Below are positions 9,486 through 18,359 of a stretch of 64,000 nucleotides of DNA, piece after piece. The position numbers were made by a program, and so were the translations under genes. This stretch comes from Candidatus Daviesbacteria bacterium (GTDB lineage: Bacteria > Patescibacteriota > Microgenomatia > Daviesbacterales > UBA10151). Location: assembly GCA_030648645.1 (NCBI GenBank), contig JAUSHL010000038.1, positions 3,657-67,656 of the forward strand. Direction: 5' to 3'. Within the stretch, counting starts at the first letter, position 1; every line of letters begins with the position of its first letter. Below the pieces are notes generated by a model, which worked only from the letters and a program-made list of their open reading frames with translations, was not told where the DNA came from and ran no database searches.

Positions 9486-9722
9486 TCAAGCAAAGGAAGG
9501 AAGTATAAGCTTATTTAGTTTCACTAAATATCTTGAACCCAAAATAAGTATTTTGGGTATAATCTAATTCAACTCAAGCTTGTAAAAATTCGTTGAATAT
9601 CTTGAATTCAAAATGAAGCATTTTGAATATAAACCAATTTAACTCGTCCACCAGTGGCGGACTCATTAAATAGTTTGAACCAAAAATTTGCAAATTTTTG
9701 GTATAAATAACTAGATCAATTT
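9486..9722. repeat. ~235-bp direct repeat copy 1 (three tandem -35/palindrome/-10-like modules plus a GC hairpin), left flank of the HEPN/MNT cassette
   Basis: Near-identical to 10586-10812; contains TTGAAC-ccaaaatNNNattttgg-gTATAAT style units. Confidence 0.85.
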
Positions 9723-9736
9723 TTGAGTTCTGGGAG

Positions 9737-10093
9737 TTATTGGATTTTATCTTTCACAAAGCTTGTAATTTCTTTAGCAAACTTATAAGCTTCTTCTGAT
9801 TTTTCCTTAGTAAAATGAATAAATTCTGAAAGATCTGGGTAGCGTGAAGGAATGTAATAGGTGTTAAGAGCAACACACTCGTTTCTTAAACTCTCAAAAG
9901 ACTGGTCACTTTTAATACATTCTTCAAGTAGTGCTCTTAAATCGTGAATTTTCTTGATGTCTTTTTCTTGACTAATCAAATAAGCTTTTAGAGCTTTTTC
10001 CACTGCTTGCTGGGATGTAAAACAAGCTCCATACCAAATTTTTCCTTCCAGACTATTTTTGTAACTATTCAGAGTTTCCCAGTAGACTGTCAT
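9737..10093 (-). CDS. HEPN domain protein (toxin component of HEPN/MNT pair)
   Basis: C-terminal YYIPSRYPD motif characteristic of HEPN proteins partnered with minimal nucleotidyltransferases; 118 aa. Confidence 0.6.
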   Translation of the reverse strand: MTVYWETLNSYKNSLEGKIWYGACFTSQQAVEKALKAYLISQEKDIKKIHDLRALLEECIKSDQSFESLRNECVALNTYYIPSRYPDLSEFIHFTKEKSEEAYKFAKEITSFVKDKIQ

Positions 10094-10157
10094 CGCGAGG
10101 GTCGAAACTTCGACCCGTGGCGATCTAATTAGATTGCTTCGCTACGCTCGCAATGAC
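10088..10157. mobile_element. MITE-like GC-rich palindromic element (tgtcatcgcgagg...ctcgcaatgac)
   Basis: Terminal inverted repeats shared with >10 other copies in window; its terminal tgtcat supplies the ATG of the HEPN gene. Confidence 0.6.
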
Positions 10158-10261
10158 GATTTTATTGGGAAGAACTAATTAGTTACCTATTTTTTGTCCA
10201 GGAAAGATCATCTAATGCATAATTAAGCCATTTCTGAGATGACTTATTTATTGATTTACGA

Positions 10262-10558
10262 TTATCCATATACAATTTTACCAGTCTCGTTAGCCTCTTT
10301 TATAAAAAGATTATCTAGTTTTGCTTTTTCGAATTCCTGGGGTGTTAACACAAATATGTCAACAGCAGTTACTGTTCTTAGAAGTAGATGTACTTGTTTT
10401 TGTCTTTCAAGAAAAGGCAGGGTAGTTTTTTTTATAACGACAAGATCTACATCACTATCTGAGCTGGGTTTACCATTAGCATAAGATCCAAAAAGAATTA
10501 TTTTTTCCGGGTTATAAGGCATAATTTGATCAATAATGTCTTGAACTACTGAATTCAT
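10262..10558 (-). CDS. minimal nucleotidyltransferase (MNT, antitoxin component of HEPN/MNT pair)
   Basis: LFGSYANGKPSSDSDVDLVVI = GS...D.D nucleotidyltransferase motif; 98 aa. Confidence 0.7.
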   Translation of the reverse strand: MNSVVQDIIDQIMPYNPEKIILFGSYANGKPSSDSDVDLVVIKKTTLPFLERQKQVHLLLRTVTAVDIFVLTPQEFEKAKLDNLFIKEANETGKIVYG

Positions 10559-10585
10559 GAGTACATTGTATCATAAAAAAAAAGG

Positions 10586-10812
10586 GGGGGGAGGAAGTAT
10601 AAGCTTATTTAGTTTCACTAAATATCTTGAACCCAAAATTTTGGAGAATTTTAGGTATAAACCAATTTAACTCAATTTTACAACTCTCGTTAAATGGCTT
10701 GAATTCAAAATGAAGCATTTTGAATATAAACCAATTTAACTCGTCCACCAGTGGCGGACTCATTAAATAGTTTGAACCAAAAATTTGCAAATTTTTGGTA
10801 TAAATAACTAGA
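10586..10812. repeat. ~230-bp direct repeat copy 2, right flank of the HEPN/MNT cassette
   Basis: Near-identical to 9486-9722 (shared ggaagtataagcttatttagtttcactaaatatcttgaaccc... and ...tccaccagtggcggactcattaaatagtttgaaccaaaaatttgcaaatttttggtataaataactagatca). Confidence 0.85.
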
Positions 10813-10863
10813 TCAGTTTTTGGGGTTGATAAATTATGCCTCTGTGGTTTATACTTAATAAGT

Positions 10864-11001
10864 ATGCCAAAGCGCACATATCAACCAAAAAAATTAAAAA
10901 GATTGCGAAAACATGGATTCATCAAAAGAATGGAAACTCGTGATGGACAAAAAGTTTTAAAAAGAAGAAGAGCCAGGGGTAGAAAAAAGTTGACGGTATA
11001 G
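10864..11001 (+). CDS. rpmH: 50S ribosomal protein L34 (absent from the ORF track because it is only 45 aa)
   Basis: Translates to [45 protein letters not shown], a classic L34; precedes rnpA. Confidence 0.9.
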   Translation: MPKRTYQPKKLKRLRKHGFIKRMETRDGQKVLKRRRARGRKKLTV

Positions 11002-11003
11002 TC

Positions 11004-11114
11004 TGTCATTCTGAGCACTTCGATGTCATTGCGAGCGAAGTGAAGCAATCTCAGTGTAAACTCAGCGAAGAATCTCTTGAGATTGCTTCTCCGGCTTCGC
11101 CGGATCGCAATGAC
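11004..11114. mobile_element. MITE-like palindromic element between rpmH and rnpA
   Basis: gtcattgcgagcgaagtgaagcaatctc ... gagattgcttctccggcttcgccggatcgcaatgac forms one long imperfect palindrome. Confidence 0.6.
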
Positions 11115-11125
11115 AATAAAATAAA

Positions 11126-11470
11126 ATGCTTCCAAAAAATAAAAGACTTAATCTCAACAAAGATTTTAGATGGGTGGCTTCTGGGAAAAGAATTGAAAAT
11201 AATCTGGTAAAGATGTTTTTAAAAATGAGTCCACCATCTGATGTAGAATTACCACAACCCAAAATAGGAATTTCTCTATCTAAAAATGTTTTTAAGAAAG
11301 CTGTGGATAGAAACAGAGCAAGGCGTCTTGTTTCCAAAGCTTTAGAAAACCTGTATAATGAATTGCCAAGCGGGTTAAATATTGTAGCAATGCCCAAAAA
11401 AGATATTCTGGAAATGAACTCAAATGAGATTACCAAGAACTTGGAAGAGCTATTAAAGAAAGTTTGGTGA
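11126..11470 (+). CDS. rnpA: ribonuclease P protein component
   Basis: Position after rpmH; basic 114-aa protein with RNase P protein-like N-terminus. Confidence 0.8.
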   Translation: MLPKNKRLNLNKDFRWVASGKRIENNLVKMFLKMSPPSDVELPQPKIGISLSKNVFKKAVDRNRARRLVSKALENLYNELPSGLNIVAMPKKDILEMNSNEITKNLEELLKKVW

Positions 11471-11562
11471 ATTTTAAATTTTTAATTTTAAATCAATTTT
11501 TAATTTTTAAACATTTAAACATTAGAAATTCATTAGAAATTATTAATTAGAAATTAAAAATT

Positions 11563-11763
11563 ATGAAACAGATTATAATTTGGCTAATAAATTTTTATCA
11601 GACCTTTTTATCTTTTGATAAAGGGATGTTGGCTATCTTTGCTCCGGGTGGGGCTTGCAAAAACTCCCCCACTTGTTCAGAATATACAAAACTTATGATT
11701 AAAAAACACGGAAGTGTTAAAGGTATAATAATGGGTGGAAGGAGAATTATCTCGTGCAGGTAA
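11563..11763 (+). CDS. yidD: membrane protein insertion efficiency factor YidD
   Basis: SPTCSEY motif (YidD family CxxCSxY); sits between rnpA and yidC. Confidence 0.7.
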   Translation: MKQIIIWLINFYQTFLSFDKGMLAIFAPGGACKNSPTCSEYTKLMIKKHGSVKGIIMGGRRIISCR

Positions 11764-12587
11764 TAACTGATATTTTTAATACTTTCTTCATGGGACCAAT
11801 CCTTAATTTATTGGTACTGATTTTGGATGGTCTAAATTTCCTGCATATTCCGGGAGCTTTTGGTTTATCTATTATTATCCTGACTATTTTAATTAGAATT
11901 TTAGTTTGGCCATTAATGACTAAACAGCTAAAATCTGCCAAGAAAATGCAGGATTTAAAACCTCATTTGGATGCTTTAAAAGTCAAACATAAAGGTGACA
12001 AGAAAGCCTTTGCGGCAGCACAAATGGATCTTTATAAACAACATGGAGTAAATCCTGCCGGTGGATGTTTGCCGGTTTTAATCCAATTCCCGGTGTTGAT
12101 TGCTCTTTATCAAACTATTTTTGCTTTTTTTAATGGCCCCACAGGTTTGGTTCAGATAAATAATATGCTCTATCCTTTTGTCCCTCACCTAAAAACAGTC
12201 CCCAGTTTAGATTTTCTTGGAATTAGTTTAGCAGTTAAGCCTTCAGAATTTAGTCAATATGGTTTTTTACTTTTAGCAATTCCGCTGATCACGGCTCTTC
12301 TAACTTTTTTCCAGTCAAAAATGATGATGCCACCAAAACCATTAAAGGAATACCCAGCAGATTCTCCTAAAGAAAAGAAAGACAAAGTAAGTACTGAGGA
12401 TGCAATGGGGGCAATGCAGGGACAAATGATGTACATGATGCCTGTAATGATTGGTTATTTTGCTTTTCAGTTCCCCATTGGTTTGGCTCTTTATTGGAAC
12501 ACCATGACAATTTTAGGAATTTACCAACAATACAAAGTTTCCGGCTGGGGTGGAATGGAGAGTTGGGTGAAGATTATTAAAAAGTAG
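11754..12587 (+). CDS. yidC: membrane protein insertase YidC (short Gram-positive-type form)
   Basis: YidC/Oxa1 core ...LYKQHGVNPAGGCLPVLIQFPVLIALY...; 277 aa with multiple TM segments. Confidence 0.85.
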   Translation: MQVITDIFNTFFMGPILNLLVLILDGLNFLHIPGAFGLSIIILTILIRILVWPLMTKQLKSAKKMQDLKPHLDALKVKHKGDKKAFAAAQMDLYKQHGVNPAGGCLPVLIQFPVLIALYQTIFAFFNGPTGLVQINNMLYPFVPHLKTVPSLDFLGISLAVKPSEFSQYGFLLLAIPLITALLTFFQSKMMMPPKPLKEYPADSPKEKKDKVSTEDAMGAMQGQMMYMMPVMIGYFAFQFPIGLALYWNTMTILGIYQQYKVSGWGGMESWVKIIKK

Positions 12588-12600
12588 AGATTTTTGTTGT

Positions 12601-12788
12601 GTCATTGCGATCCGGCGAAGCCGGAGTGGCAATCTTTTCTATCTACAATAAACTAATTTAACTCGTCCGCCAACCGGCGGACTCGTTAAATATTTTGAAC
12701 CCAAAATTTTGATTAAAAGTTGTAGACTGGAGTATTTTGGGTATAGATTGCTTCGTCGTCCGCCAGCTGGCGGACTCCTCGCAATGAC
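12601..12788. mobile_element. composite MITE-like element (gtcattgcga...ctcgcaatgac termini) enclosing a hairpin plus promoter-like module
   Basis: Termini match the MITE family; interior carries atttaactcgtccgccaaccggcggactcgttaaat hairpin and ttgaacccaaaatttt...attttgggtata unit. Confidence 0.5.
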
Positions 12789-12924
12789 AGTAATTTTTTC
12801 TGATTGACTGATCCTAGATTTTCCTTTATACCCACATTACTTTAATGGGTTCAAACTTTTTAATGAGACCGCCAGCTGGCGGTTGCAAAATCGAATTAAA
12901 ATAGTTTATACTTACCTTCATTGT

Positions 12925-13416
12925 ATGGAACAAAAAGTTTCGGAAATTTTAGAAAATATTTTAGGACTCCTGGCCCTTGAGGGTTCATTTGAAGTTGTAG
13001 AAAATCCGGAAGAAGTTAGTGTAACTATTGAAACTACAGACCCGGGAAGGCTGATTGGTTTTAGAGGAGAAACTTTAGATTCTTTACAACTCATTGTAAA
13101 TTTAATTTTAAGCAGACAAATAAGTGATGAGGAAAAGTTTAAAAGAGTAGTGATTGATGTTGAAGGCTGGAGAAAAAATAAGGAAGCAGATTTACAAAGA
13201 AGGGCAGAAGATTGGGGCAAAGAAGTACTGGAAACCGGAAAAGAAATAGAACTTGAACCAATGCCTTCTTGGCAAAGAAGAATTGTACATATGGTAATTT
13301 CAGAAACAAAAGGTGTGGAATCAGAAAGTATGGGAGATGGACGAGATAGACATTTAGTCCTCAGACCGGAAATTACTAAAAAAGAAGTTACCAAAAAAAC
13401 TGCAAAGAAAGAATAA
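12925..13416 (+). CDS. jag: Jag/KhpB-like RNA-binding protein (KH + R3H domains)
   Basis: R3H motif region RRIVHMVISETKGVES...GDGRDRHLVL; classic position after yidC; start moved to ATG 12925 because 12883-12924 lies inside a repeat element. Confidence 0.65.
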   Translation: MEQKVSEILENILGLLALEGSFEVVENPEEVSVTIETTDPGRLIGFRGETLDSLQLIVNLILSRQISDEEKFKRVVIDVEGWRKNKEADLQRRAEDWGKEVLETGKEIELEPMPSWQRRIVHMVISETKGVESESMGDGRDRHLVLRPEITKKEVTKKTAKKE

Positions 13417-13479
13417 AGAATAAAGCTTAATTCTTTATTCTGGTTGCTTAATTCTCCATTAATTGGATAGAATAAAGAA

Positions 13480-14751
13480 GTGGATATTATTAAGAAAATT
13501 TTACATCAAACAAGTTGGCAGATGGTGGCCAAGGTTGTATCTTCCCTTTCAACAATTATCATTTTAAGTTTGGTTGCCAGAAATTATGGCACTTCCGGCA
13601 CCGGAGTTTATACTCTAGCCGTTGCCTATCTCTCATTCTTTTATATTGCTGTTGATTTTGGCATCAATGCTCATGTCCTGCCAAACTTAATCAAAGAAAA
13701 TTTTGGCTCCCCTTTTCAAAAACTTCTGGGACTGCGAATTTTATGGGCATTTGTACTAATGATTTTGGCCTCATCTATAATTTTGCTCTGGCCAGATGTT
13801 AATAAAGATTTCCAGCAGGCAGTTTTAATTGCCATTCCAGCTATTTTAGGAGTTGGTGTCTTTGCAACTTCCACAGCCCTATTTCAGGGAAAATTAAAAT
13901 TTCAACTGGCAACTATTGCTTCTTCCTTTGGGGTCTTAATAACTCTTTTACTGACCATACTTGTTGTTTATTTAGGTTTAGGTGCTCCCGATTTATTATT
14001 TGCTCATGCCGTAGGTCTTATTTTAGGTGCAGTATTATCCCTATTTTTAATCCAATCATTTACCAAAATTATTCCCCTGTTTGATTTTTCCTATATTAAG
14101 AAAACCGTTTCGCAGTCGTGGCCGATATCTCTGACACTTTTATTAAATATTATCTATTTTAGAGCCGATGCTTTTATTTTAACTTCCTTAAAAAGTTTTG
14201 CTGAGGTTGGAATTTATAATGTTGCTTATCAGGTTTTTCAATCACTACTTGTGATCCCTGCTTTTATTATGAATAGTTTTTATCCAATTATGTTAAAAGA
14301 TTTTGCAGAAGATAAGCCAAAGTTTATAAATAATTTATTGAAAATGTCTCTCACTATGTTTGGATTATCTTTTGTCGGTATGCTTTTAACACTACTTTTT
14401 GCTCCCCTTGTCATCGATATTATCACCGGTGGTAAAAGCTTTGCCGGATCCATCTCATCACTCCGTATGTTATCTTTGGGCTTTCCTGCTTTTTTTGTAA
14501 CCTCAGTGCTCATGTGGACTTTGATAGTTTTGAAAAAATATAAAACAATGTTGATAATTTATTTGGTAGGAATGATCTTCAATATTTCTTTGAACTTCAT
14601 TCTAATTCCTGCATATTCCTATATTGGAGCATCGGGAGTCACAGTATTATCAGAGTACTTGATTTTAAGCCTCCAGTTAGTTATTCTGATTCCTGCATTA
14701 AAAGAAAACTCAAAATCCAAAACTCAAATTTTAAGACCTTTGCAATCGTAA
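13480..14751 (+). CDS. polysaccharide/oligosaccharide flippase family protein (MOP superfamily, Wzx-like)
   Basis: ~12 predicted TM segments; N-terminal region typical of Polysacc_synt family. Confidence 0.55.
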   Translation: MDIIKKILHQTSWQMVAKVVSSLSTIIILSLVARNYGTSGTGVYTLAVAYLSFFYIAVDFGINAHVLPNLIKENFGSPFQKLLGLRILWAFVLMILASSIILLWPDVNKDFQQAVLIAIPAILGVGVFATSTALFQGKLKFQLATIASSFGVLITLLLTILVVYLGLGAPDLLFAHAVGLILGAVLSLFLIQSFTKIIPLFDFSYIKKTVSQSWPISLTLLLNIIYFRADAFILTSLKSFAEVGIYNVAYQVFQSLLVIPAFIMNSFYPIMLKDFAEDKPKFINNLLKMSLTMFGLSFVGMLLTLLFAPLVIDIITGGKSFAGSISSLRMLSLGFPAFFVTSVLMWTLIVLKKYKTMLIIYLVGMIFNISLNFILIPAYSYIGASGVTVLSEYLILSLQLVILIPALKENSKSKTQILRPLQS

Positions 14752-14832
14752 TTCAATAGGTCGCAAGGTCTTGCGAACTTGAGAGCAAGTTCTTAAACCA
14801 AATTTAAAATTTAAAATTAAAAATTTAAAATT

Positions 14833-15246
14833 ATGAACAAGATTATTATAAATACAGATGGTGGGTCGAGAGGTAATCCGGGTCCAGGTGCTTGTGCTTT
14901 TGTGATCTCGGATGAACATGGAAAACAAATTGCCGGAGAAGGGAAGTTCTTGGGTGTTTGTACCAATAATGAAGCCGAATATGAAGCAGTTATTTTGGCC
15001 TTTGAGTGGGTGGTAAATAATTTGGCAAATAATTTACCTGAGAATATAGCGTTCAAAGCCGATTCGAAATTAGTGGTAGAGCAACTTTCTGGCAGGTTCA
15101 AAGTCAAAAATCCTCGTATTGCAGTGTTACATGGGCGGGTGAGGGTATTGGAAAAAAATATGTCTGAAATTACTTACACTTATATTCCGCGTGAGGAGAA
15201 TTATCAGGCAGACAATCTGGTAAATCAAATCCTGGATCTTCAGTAA
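14833..15246 (+). CDS. rnhA: ribonuclease HI
   Basis: NTDGGSRGNPGPGACAFVI...TNNEAEYEAVILAFEW... matches RNase H catalytic DEDD core. Confidence 0.85.
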   Translation: MNKIIINTDGGSRGNPGPGACAFVISDEHGKQIAGEGKFLGVCTNNEAEYEAVILAFEWVVNNLANNLPENIAFKADSKLVVEQLSGRFKVKNPRIAVLHGRVRVLEKNMSEITYTYIPREENYQADNLVNQILDLQ

Positions 15247-15368
15247 TTTTAAAATTAAAAATTTAAAATTTAAAATTGACGCAGTCTTATACCTTTCCTC
15301 TCTCTTGATTTGAGCATGAAATATTACTAAGATGTGTGAAGTGGGTGATATCTATCATCTAAATTAAT

Positions 15369-18176
15369 ATGATTACGCTTTCGCGAAACGTACCTCTAGC
15401 CTTAGTTGTGGGAGCTGCCGGTTTCATAGGATCTCATCTAACAGAAAAACTTCTGGAAAAAAATGTGCAGGTTTTGGCGATTGATAATCTTTCGTCCGGT
15501 AATCATTCAAATATTGAAGAAGCAACCAAGGATAAGAATTTTCATCTACTTCATCAGTCAATTGCCGATAAACTGGAATTAGATCTCCCCCGCCTTGATT
15601 ATGCTTTCTTTATAATTTCTGAAGATATTAGTAAAACTGATTACCGTACTGGTATAAGCAACTTTGTAAAATTATGTGAAAAGTGGAGTCCTAAAATAGT
15701 TTATGTTTCCTCAATCGATCTGTATGATAAAAAAAGTGAGGGTTTAGAAAATATCCGCGAAGCCGAAAGATTTTTGGCAACTCACGCTTTCGAGAATAAA
15801 TCAAATATCCGTGTGGTAAGGTTGAGTGAAATATATGGTCCCCGCATGCATTTTCGGGGTTCTGATCCAATTATTAGATTACTTAAAAGTGCCGGCTTAA
15901 ACAATATTCAGGAAGATGGATCCCCTCTGGATTTTACTACCAGAGCTATTTTTATCAATGATGCAGTGAACTTATTAATTAAGGCTTTGATGCACGGTGC
16001 AACAGCCCAGAAAATTTATGATGGGACACTACTCAATCCAATCAAAGTTGCAGAAATAAAACAAATTTTACTTGATCCGCTGTGGCATGAAAACCGGAAT
16101 TTTGCTCCAACCGAGCTTCCACCTTGGCCAACTCCTAATATTTTAAAAACAGAAAAAGAGCTTGCCTGGAAACCAAGTACTAATATTGTTTCAGCTCTCA
16201 GGCAAACCTTATATTTTCTAAAAGAAAATCAGGAAAGATTGAAAGAGCCAGAAGAACCATCCACCTACGCTGACAGCCGTCGGCCAGAGCCTATGGCGTC
16301 GGACGAAGCTTCGGTGGACAAGAAGGAGCCAAAGGAAATAAAGATTAAGGAATTTAAGAAAAAGGGGAGTGGTAAATTTGGAAAATATTTAATCACGGGA
16401 TTTGGTTTAGCGATAATTATTTATGCTTTATTTTATCCATTATTTATTTTTGTCTGGCAGGCGGTGGTGACTAAAAATTATTTACAAAGCTCTTTGAGTC
16501 AAGTACGTGCGGGCAATATAGATCAAGCTGAAAATGAGCTAAAAATGACCGGAGAGAGTGCGCAATTTTTTCAAAAATGGGTCAGCAATTTTCAGGCTTT
16601 GGGTAATGCCGGCATATTTAAATCACAGCTCCAATTTGGGGAAGATTCATTAAATATTATGACTGACGGGATTAAGGCAGTGTCTTTTTGGATCAATGGC
16701 ATTAAGGATTTAGAGATATCGATGCAAATATTATCCGGTGGAAAAGAGGGGAATCTGGAAGAAATATATGCCGATGCCAACACTAATTTTAATTCTGCCG
16801 GTGCCATTTTAAGTGATATTAATCAAAAATTAACTGATCCAAGATATCAGAGAATTAGTGATTATAAAAAAAGAGTCGAGTTTTATCAGAAATTAGTTGA
16901 AGATTCAAAAAATATCGCCCGTATTTTGCCAAGTATTTTTAGCAATTCAGATAAATTTTTAATTGTTTTGGTAGATAATGATTATCAAAGAGCCGGTGGA
17001 GGAAAACCAAAAACTGTTGCCCAATTAAGCTTAGATCAGGGAAAATTAAAAGAGATAAAAATTGACTCGGTTGAGTCCTTGGATAAGAAACTGACAGAAA
17101 ATATAGAAATTCCCTTAAATCTAAAAAATTATTTACCTAAAGGTAATTGGAAGATGGGGGATACGAATTTTGAAGTTGATAATCCTGCCAATGGAAAATT
17201 GTTCGAATGGTTTTACCAAAAAGAATCCGGAGAAAAAACTGCCGGAGTTTTAACTTTGGATAAAAATGGTTTAAATGAACTATTAAAAGTGGTGGGACCG
17301 ATAACTTTATCTAGTCAAAAGCAGGTTAGCAGTGATAATTTTCTGGCAATGTCAGAAGGGGGTAGTGACCAATTTTACAGTGATGTTTTACAAGGAGTTT
17401 TAAATAATATCTTTTTCCTCTCCAATCAAAATTATGTGGGACTGGCGATGAATTTAAACAAGGCATTTACAGAAAAGCATGCTTTAATTTATATGAATAA
17501 TCCTTTACTTTTTTCGGAGTTAAATTCTTTAGGAATAGCAGGGGTTTTACCAAGACAACAAACAAGTAAAATAGGGGAGAAAGATGAATTTTTGGCAATC
17601 TTTGAAACAGATTTAAGCAGTGAAAGTTTTTCATTAAGTAAAAACATTAATTTGCAAAGTACAATTGAAAATACAGAAACAATTACTCATCAACTCCAAA
17701 TTAATTTCATTAATCAGTCAGGAGCAGTGAATGCTAAATTTAATGAACAGGTCTTTTTACCAGCTGGGACCAAGCTAAACAAGGCATCGTTTGCCGGAAA
17801 AGATATATTAAAAATGATAAGTTCTTATAGTGATTTTGGCAGGGCTGTGTATGCTGTAAATTTAGAAGTTGGATCCCCTTCGACAGATTCGACAGGCTCA
17901 CTGCAAGCAAGCTCAGGGCAAGGTAAAGAGGTAAAAACACTGATCTTAGAATATCAGGACAATAAAAAATTGGAATTTGATGCAGGGGTAGTAACTATTA
18001 ATCTGGAAGTTTTAAAACAAGCAGGGGAGGGGGATAATAATTTTAATTATAAACTTATTTATCCCCAAAATTTCACCTTGGTTTCTCCAACTAAGGATCA
18101 AAATATTCCTCAGGAAGTTTCTTTTTCAACAGTGCTAGATACAGATAAAAACTTTCAAGTAGTATTGAAAAAATGA
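15369..18176 (+). CDS. fusion protein: N-terminal NAD-dependent sugar epimerase/dehydratase domain, TM helix, large C-terminal extracytoplasmic domain (DUF4012-like?)
   Basis: Rossmann motif VVGAAGFIGSHL; hydrophobic helix YLITGFGLAIIIYALFYPLFIFVW near residue 335; ~570-aa C-terminal domain of unknown function. Confidence 0.5.
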   Translation: MITLSRNVPLALVVGAAGFIGSHLTEKLLEKNVQVLAIDNLSSGNHSNIEEATKDKNFHLLHQSIADKLELDLPRLDYAFFIISEDISKTDYRTGISNFVKLCEKWSPKIVYVSSIDLYDKKSEGLENIREAERFLATHAFENKSNIRVVRLSEIYGPRMHFRGSDPIIRLLKSAGLNNIQEDGSPLDFTTRAIFINDAVNLLIKALMHGATAQKIYDGTLLNPIKVAEIKQILLDPLWHENRNFAPTELPPWPTPNILKTEKELAWKPSTNIVSALRQTLYFLKENQERLKEPEEPSTYADSRRPEPMASDEASVDKKEPKEIKIKEFKKKGSGKFGKYLITGFGLAIIIYALFYPLFIFVWQAVVTKNYLQSSLSQVRAGNIDQAENELKMTGESAQFFQKWVSNFQALGNAGIFKSQLQFGEDSLNIMTDGIKAVSFWINGIKDLEISMQILSGGKEGNLEEIYADANTNFNSAGAILSDINQKLTDPRYQRISDYKKRVEFYQKLVEDSKNIARILPSIFSNSDKFLIVLVDNDYQRAGGGKPKTVAQLSLDQGKLKEIKIDSVESLDKKLTENIEIPLNLKNYLPKGNWKMGDTNFEVDNPANGKLFEWFYQKESGEKTAGVLTLDKNGLNELLKVVGPITLSSQKQVSSDNFLAMSEGGSDQFYSDVLQGVLNNIFFLSNQNYVGLAMNLNKAFTEKHALIYMNNPLLFSELNSLGIAGVLPRQQTSKIGEKDEFLAIFETDLSSESFSLSKNINLQSTIENTETITHQLQINFINQSGAVNAKFNEQVFLPAGTKLNKASFAGKDILKMISSYSDFGRAVYAVNLEVGSPSTDSTGSLQASSGQGKEVKTLILEYQDNKKLEFDAGVVTINLEVLKQAGEGDNNFNYKLIYPQNFTLVSPTKDQNIPQEVSFSTVLDTDKNFQVVLKK

Positions 18177-18185
18177 CAGTTGTAC

Positions 18186-18317
18186 TGTCATCCCGGACTT
18201 CGTCCAAAGGACGATCAGCCTTTGGCTGATGATCCGGGATCCATGAATTTATTTATATAGATTCCTGCCCCTCGGTCCTGAGTCCCTCGGGATCGAAGGA
18301 CTTTCGCAGGAATGACA
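18186..18317. mobile_element. MITE-like element, subfamily 2 (tgtcatcccgg...caggaatgaca)
   Basis: First 60 bp nearly identical to the copy inside valS at 21304-21388. Confidence 0.6.
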
Positions 18318-18359
18318 ATGTTTCTTGCTTCAATGAACAAAATGTGGTAAATTATCACA

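Noticed and set aside
8648-10558. Integron (attC-bounded cassettes)
   Set aside because: The repeats are 230 bp with promoter-like internal structure, unlike attC sites. The cassette genes are in opposite orientations, and no intI/attI is present. The locus is described instead as a repeat-bracketed cassette hotspot.
12918-13394. Minus-strand ORF 158 aa
   Set aside because: It is antisense to jag/khpB, which has the expected R3H motif and operon position.
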